DNA from: Ostrea edulis
Lineage: Eukaryota
Reading direction: 5' to 3'
DNA: 64,000 nucleotides
Assembly (NCBI RefSeq): GCF_947568905.1
Contig: NC_079170.1
Coordinates: 1,860,001-1,924,000, forward strand
Positions 13,426 through 27,309 of the stretch are shown piece after piece. The position numbers were made by a program, and so were the translations under genes. Under the pieces are notes generated by a model. It had not been told where the DNA came from. It saw nothing but the letters and a program-made list of their open reading frames with translations, and ran no database searches. The first letter of the stretch is position 1. Every line of letters begins with the position of its first letter.

Positions 13426-14335
13426 CCCAGTCTCAGGTGACATCGATTTCCTTGATGTTGTTCTTTGAAATTTGATAGGTGTCTCAAAAGCCTCTTAATG
13501 TGTAGAGAATGGGTACAATTACGTGTACCATCAATCAATATGATGATAACAATGATGATTGAAACAATTTCCTCTTTCCTCAACCTCCAAAGAAGTCATT
13601 CCATTAATAAAAATAATTATTATCAACGATTTTAAAATTAGAATTCTTATTCATTATTCATTGTTAAATTCCATGTGGATGTACCGATTTACTTAAAATG
13701 GTCTAAATGCAATATGCATATGATGAAAATAAACAGTTCAATATGCTATATACACTGTAATGTACATTTGTATAGTTATGAGCCATCGGTATGAAGTTTA
13801 TAATAAATGCATGTAATACATGGTCAACATGAATTTCCTAGTAAGAATTATCTTTCTCTATATTTTTTTATTCAAATCCGATAATGTTATTGAAATCAGA
13901 CCCGAAATTACCTAATGCGCTTTTTACTTTTAAAAAAAAATTATTTTCTACTCATTACATTAGAACATGTAAATATCCCAAAGAGAATATTCAGTCACGT
14001 ATAAATACTCGTATATGCACTAATTTACTTTTATTCCATTCCTTCCGTTTTAAAACATTGATGATTTTACAGAGTGTTATTAGATTAAACATTTATTTAG
14101 ATAAGGATGGTCTCTCATTCCAGTAATGTCTATGCATGAATAAAGAGTACAGAAAGTATCCAAAATGCAGAATATGAACTGGAGACCAAACTTTCGTATT
14201 CACCTTGGCCACATCGTTCCGCTCTCACTGAAAACCGTTCCATTCAAACAATTCAGTGTTCAGTTCCCAAACAAAACTGTTCGATCCTAAACCGTTCAGG
14301 ATCCGATCACCATTCAACTAGGGTAGTAGTACGCT

Positions 14336-14346
14336 TCTCTCTCCCT

Positions 14347-14422
<76 letters not shown>
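14336..14422. repeat. (TC)n microsatellite
   Basis: Interrupted TC run. Confidence 0.95.
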
Positions 14423-14424
<2 letters not shown>

Positions 14425-15206
14425 GTACTCTTCGATGGCTTGAACTTCGATCACTAGAAGAAATATCATGGTGCTGATTTTTCTCTATATCATAACTAAG
14501 CAAATTTACTATCTATTCCTTGAACGTTCGATTTCTCCCAGTTTTTTTTTACTTTCTTGAAGTGAAATTGGGTCCCGTAAAACTTATATCATTGTTTTTC
14601 ACTCTCCAGCTCTTGAAGTGGTTGTAGCGTACATACCCTTTTACCAAAGCGTTTAATTATTGGACCTTACGTTGATTTCGTTGGGTGCCGAAGGTCGCGG
14701 GAATTAGGTGTTTACATAGGTGATACATCACCCTATATTCGTTACGGAGGTGGACACTTGAGTATATAATTGGTTAATTGGTCACTTTTGACCCTATATT
14801 GAGGTATTGCGATAATTAAAATCTGTTTGTTAACCGACTATGAATACCTTATATAATTTCTTTTAACATGACAACGAGTGTAAGTTTACTCTAAAACAAG
14901 GTTTTGATTATTCATTAGAATTTTGATTTTGTGTAACGCGACAAAAAATTGTGGTCTCTGTTGTTAGTGACAGTAATTTAAGCTTTGTCGGAAATTAGTT
15001 TTGCACGCCAGGCTATCCTAGTATGAGGAAAGAACAGATAAATATATAAACTTTTAAAACATTTTTACTAATGCGAAATACGGTTCTTTATTTTGAAATC
15101 CAACATATTACTTGAGAAATATGAAAGAAAATGTGTGAAAATGTTGGTAAACATTTCCGGTTACTGTAAAATCTTAGTCATATGGTCAAACGTTCAATTT
15201 CTGAAT

Positions 15207-15527
15207 AGGGTCGGAAAGTCTCGTCATGTGACTCGGGAGAAATAACTTGAGATCAAACTTCCAGGCAGTTCTCAGGATGGCATTATCAATAATGTACTAG
15301 ACTCGCTACGTTCAAAACAACATAGAGCCTACTACAAAAAGCGAGGGACCGGTGGATAACAACTGGGTTTAGAAAATGTGTTCTAGATAGAGCTCTGAGT
15401 TATTACAGCGGTTGTTCAAGCGTCAATACGAGACATTTTCCAACAAAGTACAGGTACATAATGTATGTTAACATTATAGAGTCGTCTGCATTATATGCAC
15501 TGCACAGTCGTTTGCATTATATACACT
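15207..15527 (+). mobile_element. Duplicated left end of the ISL2EU-type transposon
   Basis: Direct repeat of 15781-~16095, beginning with the same TIR AGGGTCGGAAAGTCTCGT preceded by AT. Confidence 0.7.
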
Positions 15528-17495
15528 AAGGGTGAAACGATACAGTACCTTTTCGATTCGATTCGATTTACGATACAGTACCTTTTCGATTCGATTCGAT
15601 TTTCGATACTTTAGTCTCGATTCGATGATTTTCGGTTTGATACAATAGCATGTACCACATTCTTTATAATGCTAAGATTTTTTTGTTTCATTGTATTTAT
15701 TGCTCTCTGCAAATAAATTCTGCATACTAAAAAAGCGGTTAAAGGGCCTGATTCACGATATTCCAAAATCTACTGTCTATAGGGTCGGAAAGTCTCGTCA
15801 TGTGACTCGCGAGAAATAACGTGAAATCGTACTTCCGGGCAGTTGTCAGGATGGCATTATCAATAATGTACTAGACTCGCTACGTTCAAAACCACATAGA
15901 GCTTACTACAAAAAGCGATAGAGCGGTGGATAACAACTGGGTTGAGAATATGTGTTCTAGATAGAGCTCTGAGTTATTACAAAGGTTGTCCAAGCGTCAA
16001 TACGAGACATTTTCCAACAAAGTACAGCTATGTTTACATTATAGAGTCGTCTGCATCATATGCACTGTACAGTCGTTTGCATCATATACACCCATACATC
16101 TATATCTCCGAGTTTCGTTCAAGATATCGAAAGTCCTCGATCAAATCTCAGCAATATATTTGCGCAGTTCTGATTAGACTGATTCTTGATTGGTGTTGTG
16201 GTAACAACCCCCCCCCCCCCCCTCTTAATAATCTGCATCGAGTGAAAACGCAAGAGCACTAGAAAAGAATAAAACTTTTTCCTGTTGTGTATAACATGGA
16301 TATATAGCCCTATTTTATTCTATGATTTTGAACGTTTTACAGTTTCATTTAGAAATTTATTCAAATTATTTCATAAAAATATTTCTATAAAATAAAGACA
16401 GAACTTTTTACTGACACCAATCATATCAGTGACATATGGAAATCCCACGAGTCAGTTTTGTTTCCACTATGTAGATGCAGTAATTTATAATATTATAGTA
16501 TATACATTTGGTATGTAAAACTGCATATATGAACAGATCCAGAAATTCGTGAGTGTATGTGTGGAGGGGGGGGGGGGGCTTTAAATCCGCGACTGGCATC
16601 TAAGATTTTTTTTTTATTTATCTGAATTTCAGCTGAATTATCACTAATCCAGATAGTCAACAAACATTTTAGTGTGCAATTCTATATATACTAGTATTGC
16701 AGACCCAGGGATTCAAATAAGGGGGGGGGGGGATTTCATGAGGTGGAGATCTATCTCCCCTTAAACCTGCCACTGACATATTTCATGGATGGTAGATATA
16801 AATACATGTATATCTTATGAATTTTGATTTATCTGAATTTCAGCTGAATTGATAGAACGTGATATGTCTATTATGAAATATTGACTAGTCCAGGTAGTCA
16901 ATTTGCATTTTAGTGTGCATAATCTACATGTTTTGTGTGACAATGACTACAATGTTAATGTGTTAATCTTTCAGATATAAAAGGGCAAACAACACAGCTG
17001 GATAAAGCATCTTAAGTCTGGACTTCGTAAAGCTATGACAATGAGAGAAATGTATCCACCCAGGCAATCAGAATATAGGTAACTCACAAGAGCTCTTTAT
17101 GCTCGTCAAGCTATCAATATTAAATGATATTCATTCTGTAATGAATACTTGTATACATGTAAATTCAGGTGATCCCAAAATATAAAGGTTCACCAAAAAT
17201 GAATGCATCTCCAGACAATATAGAAATTTTAAAAATGTCCTTTCTCTGCAACAGCAAAGGATGCCTGTACAAACATATAGGGATTTTTACTAGATAAATG
17301 CAGATGTCAATTATAAAGTTTTTCTTTACAAATTCGATCAGACAGCAGTATAAGTAAATAAATTTTATTATGCTATAAAACAAATGTTGAATGTCCAAAT
17401 AAGAATTATCTAGTATTGGTATTTTTATGAAAGAATATATAGACATAGTGGATGCCAGTCTTTTTTAATATATCTTGTTTTGGTAAAATTTTCAG

Positions 17496-17690
17496 AGTGC
17501 AGCTCAAAGAGAGCCATAGTTATTGGCATCAAGTTTTCCATCAGCTTTACCTCACAGGCACCACTTGTGATTTCATAGTTTGAACACCAATGAACATGGA
17601 AGTGATTCTCATCCTTTGAGATGAATTATGGGAATTATACTTGGCATACATGATTGAGTCTTTGTGCCCTCTCCGCAATAACCAACTAGA
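17496..17690 (+). pseudogene. YqaJ/lambda-exonuclease-like exon relic of the ISL2EU element
   Basis: After acceptor TTTCAG translates to QLKESHSYWHQVFHQLYLTGTTCDFIV*TPMNMEVILIL*DELWE, resembling the YqaJ HxYYxQVQxQ...CDFVVWT motif; in-frame stops. Paralogue from 22014. Confidence 0.6.
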
Positions 17691-18220
17691 CAGACTTGTG
17701 AAAATTCAAATGTCTTCCATTAGTTTTATTTTGTTTTTGCTACAATTGATCAGTGTAAAGATGTGCATGAATCACCATTGTAACAATTTCTTTGACTAGC
17801 AACCTTAAATAAATGTTCACTTTATCATTTACTTGTATGCATTTAATACAACTTGACAATGCAGAATAATGTGAGTAAGAAGTTGTACATTTATAGTATC
17901 TCAGTCCAAAGGTAAGATTTGATAAATTGTGGAATTCATATCAGCTATTTCCTTCAGTAGAGGATTTGCAAATGTACAAGAGTCACACAGAGTTGAAAAT
18001 CTTAGTGGACATATATATATATATATATATGTGTGTGTCTGAATTGTGAAGGTATATGATTTAGAATATGGATGTTTTTAATTATTCAAGTGTACACTCC
18101 ACATGAATTTGACTCTTCCTGGTCTTGTAACAGCTGTGCTTCATCCTTACTGAAATGAGATTTTGATGAAAGAAAAGGTGATATGTTTAATGTCACTCCT
18201 GATTAAAGTTTATCAAATAT

Positions 18221-18730
18221 ATCAAATCCTTTATTAGCAAGAATCATATATCATATGGCTTCAACATCTCCAATACACCTCAGTGATCAACAATGTCACC
18301 ATCAGAGGTGGATTCTGGATAGAATTCAGAACAATTATGCTACACAAGTGATAGCCTTTGCTGTGTGACAAATTTTGCACAATGTAGTTGCTGTCAGATA
18401 ATGACTAGTTATTCAATTTTAAAGTTAAATTCAGTGTTATGTTTGTTGTATCCATTGCGATTTTTTCAGAGGTAAATTCGGCATTGAGCCCTCTGGCCTG
18501 CTAAATGTAGATCCCTTAGATTTAGGTGCAACTTCATAAGAGTCATAAGAAATTGATCACTGGTATGAACCCAAGTACTGCCCATCCTAGAAGTTTTTAA
18601 AATGGGCCCCATTCTCTTCATAACAGCCGCCAACACATTGATACTTCTGAAGGAAATGATGTATATAACAGCATCTGTAACAAGCATAGACATCAAGTGA
18701 ATATCATTAAAAGTATTGCAGGGGTGGATC
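18221..18730 (-). pseudogene. DDE_Tnp_4-type transposase relic of the ISL2EU element
   Basis: Minus-strand translation gives GYNKHNT (~18430-18455) and FYPESTSDGDIVDH*GVLEMLKPYDMILANKGFDI (18221-18340), matching the YKxHNT and YPGxxSD...D.I.ADKGF motifs; stops and frameshifts present. Confidence 0.65.
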
Positions 18731-20538
18731 AAGAAGATTTGCAGGGGGGGGGGGGGGCAAGTGTAATTTATACTATCCCCCTAAAAGATGTATGTGTGTA
18801 AATTAAAATTATCAAAATTGCAACCCAAATCCCCCATATTTGTTACATATGAACTACCAAATGGGGGATGGCACCACCACCAACCCCACCCCCTCTTGTC
18901 CCAACACTGCATCATTAAACAGTAAATAAACATCTTGTATCAAACTTTTCATTTTCAAGAAGAATTCAAATGCCACAATCTAAATTGAATTAATTTAAGA
19001 TCTGAATGTATGGGTGAATGTTTACTATTTCTTTGTTGTCACAAGAGGCATAGTGTTTTACAAACACATATACAGAAATGAAGTACATGTGTATCAAAAA
19101 CTTTTTCTGGGTCCTGCATTATGTTTCTTAATGTAAATATTGTAAAAACATGTTATTTCAGTGATCCCAATCGCCTGAAATTTTTTTGTTTCCAAATTGG
19201 TAGCATTTTTCGTGAGGGTCGCAATAAAAACATAGCAATATCATTATTAATTAAAACATAATGAAAATGAGAAACTGATTGCCTTATAAATGTGTCCTCC
19301 CCCCCCCCCCCCTATCAGCATCCCATAAAAATGTGTTATTACAAGTTTATATGATCAACTATTAATCAGGGAGATTGACAAAACATGGTACAAATAGATA
19401 CCTGCATATATTTCCCGACCCCCCCCCCCCCCCGAACCCTTTTGCATTCAGTTTGTCTCCTTTATCAAAAGTAACATACTGCATAATTGTGTCGTGTAAT
19501 GTTAGTTCTAACTCATAAAAAACTAAACCCTTTAACTTGACAGCTGTTTATTATCGAAAATATTCAGTAAAATATGTTTTAGATCAATCACCCGGTCGTG
19601 GGTAGAGCTCACTGCTTCTGAGTTCTCAATCGGTGATTTAACTATAAAAATATAAGTATTATGACTTGTTTACCTGCAACTATAAATCCACTTCTTCTTC
19701 TTTTTGCATAAGTAGGGAATCTATATAGGCTGTAGGTTCATTTTAACACTTGTCATCTGAGCATAACCAACGCAAAACAAAGTGACATTTTTCGACTGCT
19801 GCCCGGAAGTAGTAAATCGAAAGTGAAAGTAAACGAGACTTTCCGACCCTATTGTGTTTGAAGTATTTCACATGAAAATTAAGGTTAGATATTATCACAG
19901 AAGCTCATTTTAGAGAATTTATTATTTGTTTTGTAAACAAAGATTGCGGTATGCTATTGTTTACAAAATTTTCAAAAGAAATGGATATCGATCTCAAATT
20001 ATTATACCTTTCACATTTCAAGCATTTTTGGGATAAAATGTGTCAGGTAAAATTTAAAATTTGTGACTATGCAAAATTAAGATGCATTATATTGCAAAAT
20101 CAATATTTCACTTGTTTGTTTACATAAAAAGACTCGAATTTATGTTTACATAACACAGATTTAAGGCTAAAATATTGCTTTTATTCTTGCATTCAGAAGG
20201 TCACAATTTTGGCTGTCAACATTAAATGAGTTATATTTTTAATGTTTAACATAAAATATATGAAAAATGTTTTTATCAAAAATCGTGAACCAGTCCCTTT
20301 AATATAAAGCAACACTCTTATCACTTGTCCTAAAGCCAAACTATCACTATACCCATGATTTATACATTGGGGTGCATTTTTCAATTCGACTATGTCCATT
20401 TTGGTGCAGCAAAGTTTACTCGTACGTTGAATGGGTAATTTTCAATAATCTGCATCGAGTGAAAACGCCAGAGCACTAGAAAAGAATAAAACTTTTTCCT
20501 GTTCTGTGTAACATGGATATATAGCCCTATTTTATTCT

Positions 20539-20662
20539 TTATTTCGAGCTCACGGGGATATATCAAATCGACATATGAATGAAAGCTATCATTGTTAATA
20601 GACAAAACGTCATCGATATATCTAAAAGTCGAATTGAAGGTCACAGCGAGAGATTTTTTCTT
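20539..20662 (-). mobile_element. PLE reverse transcriptase fragment (YIDD motif)
   Basis: KKSLAVTFNSTFRYIDDVLSINNDSFHSYVDLIYPRELEIK. Confidence 0.75.
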
Positions 20663-21518
20663 CTGACATATGAAAGTCCCACGATTCAGTTTTGTTTCCA
20701 CTATGTAGCTGCAGTAATTTATAATATTATAGTATATACGTTTGGTATGTAAAACTGCAAACAGGAACAGATCCAGAAATTGGGGGGAGGGGCTTTAAAT
20801 CCGCGACTGGCATCTAATTTTTTTTCTCGATTTATCTTAATTTCAAATGAATTACCACTAATCGAGATAGTCAACAAACATTTTAGTGTGCAATTCTATA
20901 TATACTAGTATTGCAGACCCAGGAATTCAAATTAGGGGGGGGGGGTCATGAGGTGGAGATCTGTCTCCCCGTAAATCCGCTACTGGATGTAGATATCAAT
21001 ACATGTATATCTTATGAATTTTGGTTTATCTGAATTTCAGCTGAATTAATAGAACATGTTATATGTCTATTATGAAATATCGACTAGTCCAGATAGTCAA
21101 TTTGCATTTTAGCGTGCACAATCTACATGTTTTGTGTGACAGAGACTGCAATGTTAATTTGTTAATCTTTTAGATATAAAAGGGCAAACAACACAGCTGG
21201 AAAAAGCATCTTAAGTCTGCACCTCGTAAAGCTATGACAATGAGAGAAATGTATCCACCCAGGCAATCAGAATATAGGTAACTCACCAGAGCTCTTTATG
21301 CAATATCTGCTCATCAAGCTATCAATATTAAAGGATATTCATTCTGTAATGAATACTTGTATACATGTAAATTCAGGAGATCCCAAAATATAAAGGTTCA
21401 CTAAAAATGAATGCATCTCCAGACAAAATAGAAATTTTAAAAATGTCCTTTCTCTGCAACAGAAAAGGATGCCTGTGCAAACATATAGGATTTTTTTCAA
21501 GATAAATGCAGATATTAT

Positions 21519-21822
21519 TCTATGGTCGTTATAACGATCTAGTTCGTCAATACAACCTCGCATTCGGTCAAATGATGTCTGACGTGTTTCGTACCGATTG
21601 TTAAGCCCTTCTTGGCACACTGATTTTGCCTGCGGATAACTCCGTTTACCTGATCAGGATATCGGGTTCACGGCGGGTGTGACCGGTCAACAGGGGATGC
21701 TTACTCTTCCTAGGCACCTGATCCCACCTCTGGTGTGTCCAGGGGTCCGTGTTTGCCCAACTATCTATTTTGTATTGCTTGTAGGAGTTATGAGATTGAT
21801 CACTGTTCGTTATCTTCACCTT
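21519..21822 (+). mobile_element. PLE 3' end (end of ORF plus 3' terminus) inserted in the second ISL2EU copy
   Basis: FYGRYNDLVRQYNL...DVFRTDC* followed by the family terminus ...TTCGTTATCTTCACCTT; absent at the equivalent site (~17305) of the first copy. Confidence 0.85.
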
Positions 21823-23973
21823 GCATTATTATATAGTTTTTCTTTACAAATTATATTAGACAGAGGTATAAGTAAATGCATTTTATTATGCTATACGAAA
21901 ATGTTGAATGTCCAAATAAGAATTATCTAGCATTGGTATTTTTATAAAAGAATATATAAACAAAGTGGATGTCAGTATTGTTTAATATTTTTTTTTTTTG
22001 GTAAAAATTTCAGAGTGCAACCCGGAAGATGCTCTGCAGCTCAAAGAGAGCCATGGTTATTGGCATCAAGTTTTCTATCAGCTTTACCTCACAGGCACCA
22101 CTTGCGGTTTCATTGTTTGAATACCAATGAACATGGAAGTGATTCTCATCCTTCGAGATGAATTATGGGAATTATACTTCGCATACATGATTGAGCCTTT
22201 GTGCCCTCTCTGCAATAACCAACTAGACAGACTTGTGAAAATTCAAAAGTCTTCCATTATTTTCATTTTGTTTTTGCTACAAATGATCAGTGTGAAGATG
22301 TGCACGAATCACCATTGTAACAATTTCTTTGACTTGCAACCTTAAATAAATGTTCACTTTATCATTTACTTGAATGCATTTAATACAACTTGACAATGCA
22401 GAACAATATGAGTAAGAAGTTGTACATTTATAGTATCTAAGTCCAAAGGAAAGATTTAATAAATTGTAGAATTCATATCAGCTATTTCCTTCAGTAGAGA
22501 ATTTGCAAATGTACAAGAGTCACACAGAGTTGAAAATCTTAGTGAACAGTCTGTATTGTGAATGTATATGATTTAGAATATGGATGTTTTTAATTATTCA
22601 ATTGCACACTCTACATGAATTTGACTCTTCTTGGTCTTGTAACAGCTGTGCTTTATCCTTACTGAAATGAGAATTTGATGAACGAAACGGTGATATCAAA
22701 TCCTTTATTAGCAAGAATCATATATCATCGGGCTTCAACATCTCCAATACACCTCAGTGATCAACAATGTCACCATCAGAGGTGGATTCAGGATAGAATT
22801 CAGAACAATTGTGCTACACAAGTGGTAGCCTTTGCTGTGTGAAAAAAATTTGTACAATGTAGTTGCTGTCAGATAATGACTAGTTATTCGTTTTCAACGT
22901 TAAATCCAGTGTTATGTTCCTTGTATCCATTGCGATTCTTTCAGAGGTAAAATCGGCATTGCGCCCTTTGGCCTGCTAAATGTAGATCCCTTAGATTTTA
23001 GTGCAACTTCATAAGAGTCATGAGAAATTGATCACTGGTATGCACCCTTGTACCGCCCATCCTAGAAGTTGTTAAAATGGGCCCATTCTCTTCATAACAG
23101 CCACCAACACATTGCTACTTCTGAAGGGAATGATGTATATAAGAGCATCTGCAACAAGCATAGACATCAAGTGAATATCATTAAAAGTATTGCAGGGGTG
23201 GATCAAGAAAATCTGCAAAGAAGGGGGGTGGAGGTGTACAAAATTGCAACTCAAATCCCCATATTTGTTATATATGAACTACCAAATGGGGAATGACACC
23301 ATAATGAAAATAAGAAACTGCATTGCATTGTAAATGTGTTTTCCCCCCTAGCTACCAGCATCCCATAAAATGTGTTATTACAAGTTTATATGATCAACTA
23401 TTAATCAGGGAGATTGACAAAACATGGTACAAATAGACACCTGCATATATTTATTTTACCCAGCTAATTGTTTTATCCCTCCCCCCTTTTGAATTAATTT
23501 TATCTCCTTTATCAAAAGTAACATACTGCATAATTGTGTCATGTAATGATAGTTCTAACTCATAAAAACTAAACCCTTCAACTTGACAGCTTTTTATTAT
23601 CGAAAATATTCAGTAAAATATGTTTTAGATCAATCACTCGGTCGTGGGTAAAGCTCACTGCTTCCGAGTTCTCAATCGGCGATTTAACTAAAAAAAATAC
23701 AAGTATTATGACTTGTTTACCCGCATCTATAAACCCACTACATTCTCTTTTTGCATAAGTAGAGAATCTATATAGGTCCGTGTTTGCCCAACTATCTATT
23801 TTGTATTGCTTGTAGGAGTTATGAGATTGATCACTGTTCGTTATCTTCACCTCACATGTATGTTAATGCTCCTTTTGTTAGTATACTCGACATACACCTG
23901 ATTAGTTATACATCGTACGGAATGATTTTGATATAGTTTCAATGGGAAACTCATTGGAAGACGAAAGTCACTG

Positions 23974-26900
23974 TTAACGCAAGGCATCCGCGACATGTTC
24001 CCAAAAGATGTTCATCACCCGTACCTGATCAACCTCTGGCCATCTTATACTGAATATACACCACCAGATATATCGCAAGTCTTTCTGCATTCTTTCTATT
24101 GGAATATTGTCCTTGATAATCACTATGATGGATCGCTTTCGGTTGTTATGAAAGGCATGGGTCACCGCCATCTGCACGACGTACGAATTCCAACCACTGT
24201 CTAGGAAATTTTCAGTGATGACAAACACTACTTTTCGATTGTGGTCAATACATTGCACCAGTTGTTCAGCTTTCCATACTCCAGGAATGAAGTCTTTCTC
24301 GGGAAAGCTAATTTGAAATCCAACATTTGTCAGCTCTTGATAGATAGTTGTGCTCACCAACTGGTAGACATCTTCATAGTAGGATATGAAAGCATCAAAC
24401 TGCAAGGTCTTGCTCTCTTCCGAATACATTACACCTTTCCATCTGTTACGCAGATGTAGAATGATGTAGTCGACATGCACACGATATCTCTTTATGATAA
24501 TTGCTGCCACCATTCCAATTGTTACAAAAAACAACATACAGGAAGAAATCATTAACCACATTCCAGTTTGACATTTCTTTTCGAAAACAGCAAATTGTCT
24601 TATTGTCTTCCTTGAAATAGTCCTGAAAAATTCGATGATTTTTCGATGCACATTGTTTCATTTAAATAACCAAAAAGTTCTTGATTATTCTTCATTAATC
24701 GAAGAGAAGAAATAGTATTACAATCGCAGTCAAAAATGTTCCATTTAATTAAAGTTTTCGCATGTTTCAGACTCTGAAGTACATGAAAATCAGATGTTTT
24801 CAATGACTTAATTTTGTTGCTTTGAATGTAGAAATGTGTAAGGTTTGGTAAATGTGGTGGGGATCCAAGAAAGATAATTGTCATTTAGGATAAGAAAATT
24901 TAATTTTGTTTGTTCTTTACATGAAGTGGGAGGAAGATGATGAATATAATTGTTTTGTAGGTCTAACAGTTGTATTTTGTGAAGATCACGCAATAAAGGT
25001 GCCCAGCTTGCACCATCGTAATTTGTATTTGACGCCCGAAGGGTTTTTAAATTCGGTAACGTTTTAAAAATCGAAATATTGGTGCAGTTATTGTTGGAAA
25101 TGTTCAGGATCTCTAGAAGAGGAAAGTCGACTTCCGCAATCCTACTACACGGGAGGTTTGTATTGGACAAGTCCAACTCTTTCAACGTTGTGCCTACAAT
25201 TTTCAACTGAAATTGATAAGAATCGGGCACATAGTGAAAGTAATTGTTAGAGAACTGTAAAACCCTCAACACGTTTGATAAAACTAACGTAATATTTGTA
25301 TTCCAAACTAAACGGTCCGACAATGAGACGTTGATCGTTTTTCTGATGTTCCTAATATTATTAAAACTAGCATCAATATATTGAAGATTGGGGTAATTTT
25401 TCAATAAGTCTATTACAATACGAGGTTCCAAATGCATAATGATATTTAAGGAAATGTCCAAATATTATTTGGTTTTCACTAAGATCAACTTTCTGTACAC
25501 AGATGTTTAAAAGATGCTTACAATTACTCTTGTTCAAAATCAACGATTGCCTAATAAAGGATGGGATATTTCTCGTGGATATTTCTACAATTATATTTTG
25601 GAAACATTTTAACGCTCTTACTGCTGCATTCAAGTCACATCGACCTCCAAAATTAATTCCTATCCTCAACAGAACAGGAAAAGAGCACAGGATATCTTCA
25701 CTGACGTCACATCGTACGTGATCCTTAAAGTCCATTGTCAGATTGTACATGGGAGATTCCGATAATCCATTAAACGTGTTGTTGCGTAAGTAGAAAATGG
25801 ATGAAGTTGGGTAAAATTTCAGTTTACTTAAATGCTTTAAACGTTTGAATTTGCTTCTGAATCTAAATCCTTCAAACACGTCGATGTGCAATTCTGTTAA
25901 AGACGATAGTCGTGATAGTTCGTTCTCCGGATAAGTATAATTAGAAATGTGTCTATAAAATTCATTGCCATGTATGTAGAGAATTTTCAATTCATTCAGA
26001 TACGAAAATGACCACTTTCTTGGGGTGTGTACCTTCAAGTTGCAAAACGAAAGGTCAAGAACGCACCACCTAGGAAGACGCCTGAAAGAAAATCTATCTA
26101 TACATTTTATGTCATTGTTCTTCAAATATAATGCTGAAACATTTCTTAATCAAGTTGTTTTGATGCCTGCAAAAGTTTCTGATGATATCAACGTAAAGTT
26201 ATTGTTTGAAAGGTCAATAGATACTGTTTCGCCCTTAAACATTGTATTGAAATCAAGAGGAAATTTGTCATAGTTGAGGTGACTGCAATCCCACAACCAT
26301 CCCAGGTTTCCACACTCATCTCTCTGATGTGTAACTTTACAAATTTTTCCTCTTGAAGTACTCACAGCTGAAATCAAATCATGAAACAATATATGACATT
26401 CTGATGCTATACACAGGTACTCGAAACATTTTATTCAAAAGATGCCGTGCTTTCCAATAAACAATATTTTCACGGTCTGCTGGAATTGCCATCGGTACGA
26501 ATTTTGATTTTTCTTTTGCTGACCCTTTTATGCTCGTACAAATAGGAATTAGTTTAAGAGTTTCTACATGAGAAGAAAATAATCACGTCGACATAAAGAT
26601 ATATCGATAACATTTTATCTGCTAGCAGCAATAATTTCAAATCGTATGTCGATTCAATGTATCTCTTAAACTTGAAATAAAGGACACTACGAAGTCTTCA
26701 ACATCTGCTTCATACATGTAGTTGCAAATTCTATTGAACATAGACTAACAATTCATATGACAAGTGGGGTGACTTCAGCCAATCCAGCGTCATCTTCTCA
26801 CATTTATGTAACAATATACCATAATTACATGTAGTGCTTTATTTCTCTCAACTGATCGGGTACAAAAGTGCTTTTCCTACGTATATTAAGATATCAAATC

Positions 26901-27309
26901 GAGGAAGGCTACTGACAAATGAGTTGATATTACTAGGGTTTCAATAGTCTCATTTAAAACCAGCATTTCGTATGTTCTATGGTCATTAAAACGATCAAAT
27001 TTACCAGAACAACCTGTCATTGGGCTACATGATGTGTATCGTAGTTCGTGCCACCTCTTTAGCCGTTCTTTACACGCTGATTTTGACTAAGATTTACTTC
27101 CGATACCTGATCACACATATGATATGGGTCCTTGTTTACCCTACTCTTGGTTGTGAATTCTTTATAGGAATTATGAGATTGAACGCCATTAATCATATTC
27201 ACATTTTCATTTTAAAGACTGCAATCTACTGGATTAAATTCCAAAACGAACGTAAATACTCACAAGACATTAGAAGCATCGAAAAGAAATAGCAGAGATC
27301 CCACACCAT
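23974..27309 (-). pseudogene. TLR: Toll-like receptor pseudogene, copy 2 (exon 1 27264-27309, exon 2 23974-26367)
   Basis: Intact exon 1 (MVWDLCYFFSMLLMS) and GT/AG sites; nonsense TTA>TGA at 26150-26152; frameshifting deletion near 25465; 8-nt deletion near 24855; 8-nt tandem duplication ATTGTCTT near 24594-24609; TM/TIR frame still open. Confidence 0.9.
26570..27205 (+). mobile_element. Degraded PLE RT/3' fragment inside the intron of TLR copy 2 (antisense to the gene)
   Basis: Degenerate YVDSMY..LEIKDTTKSSTSASY and later PLE 3'-end-like sequence (ATTATGAGATTGAAC); boundaries approximate. Confidence 0.65.

Larger units (their letters stand above)
15781..19850. mobile_element. Decayed ISL2EU (IS4EU)-type PIF/Harbinger-superfamily DNA transposon
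   Basis: Perfect 18-bp TIR AGGGTCGGAAAGTCTCGT (15781-15798 / 19833-19850) flanked by AT on both sides; convergent relics of a YqaJ-like exonuclease (+) and a DDE_Tnp_4-type transposase (-). This gene pair and an AT TSD characterise ISL2EU (family knowledge). Confidence 0.75.
20443..23787. mobile_element. Second, terminally truncated copy of the ISL2EU internal region (local direct duplication of ~16225-19730)
   Basis: Colinear similarity, e.g. 16230/20448, 16975/21171, 17500/22030, 18280/22750, 19600/23650; carries its own later PLE insertions; right TIR missing, cut at 23788 by a PLE terminus. Confidence 0.8.

Noticed and set aside
15781-23787. Host multi-exon gene in the duplicated 16-19 kb / 20-24 kb region
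   Set aside because: The exon-like pieces contain stops in both copies and match transposon proteins bounded by TIRs.
24594-24860. 8-nt deletion plus 8-nt duplication in TLR copy 2 as compensating frameshifts
   Set aside because: The duplication creates an immediate TAA, and an upstream nonsense codon and another frameshift already break the gene.
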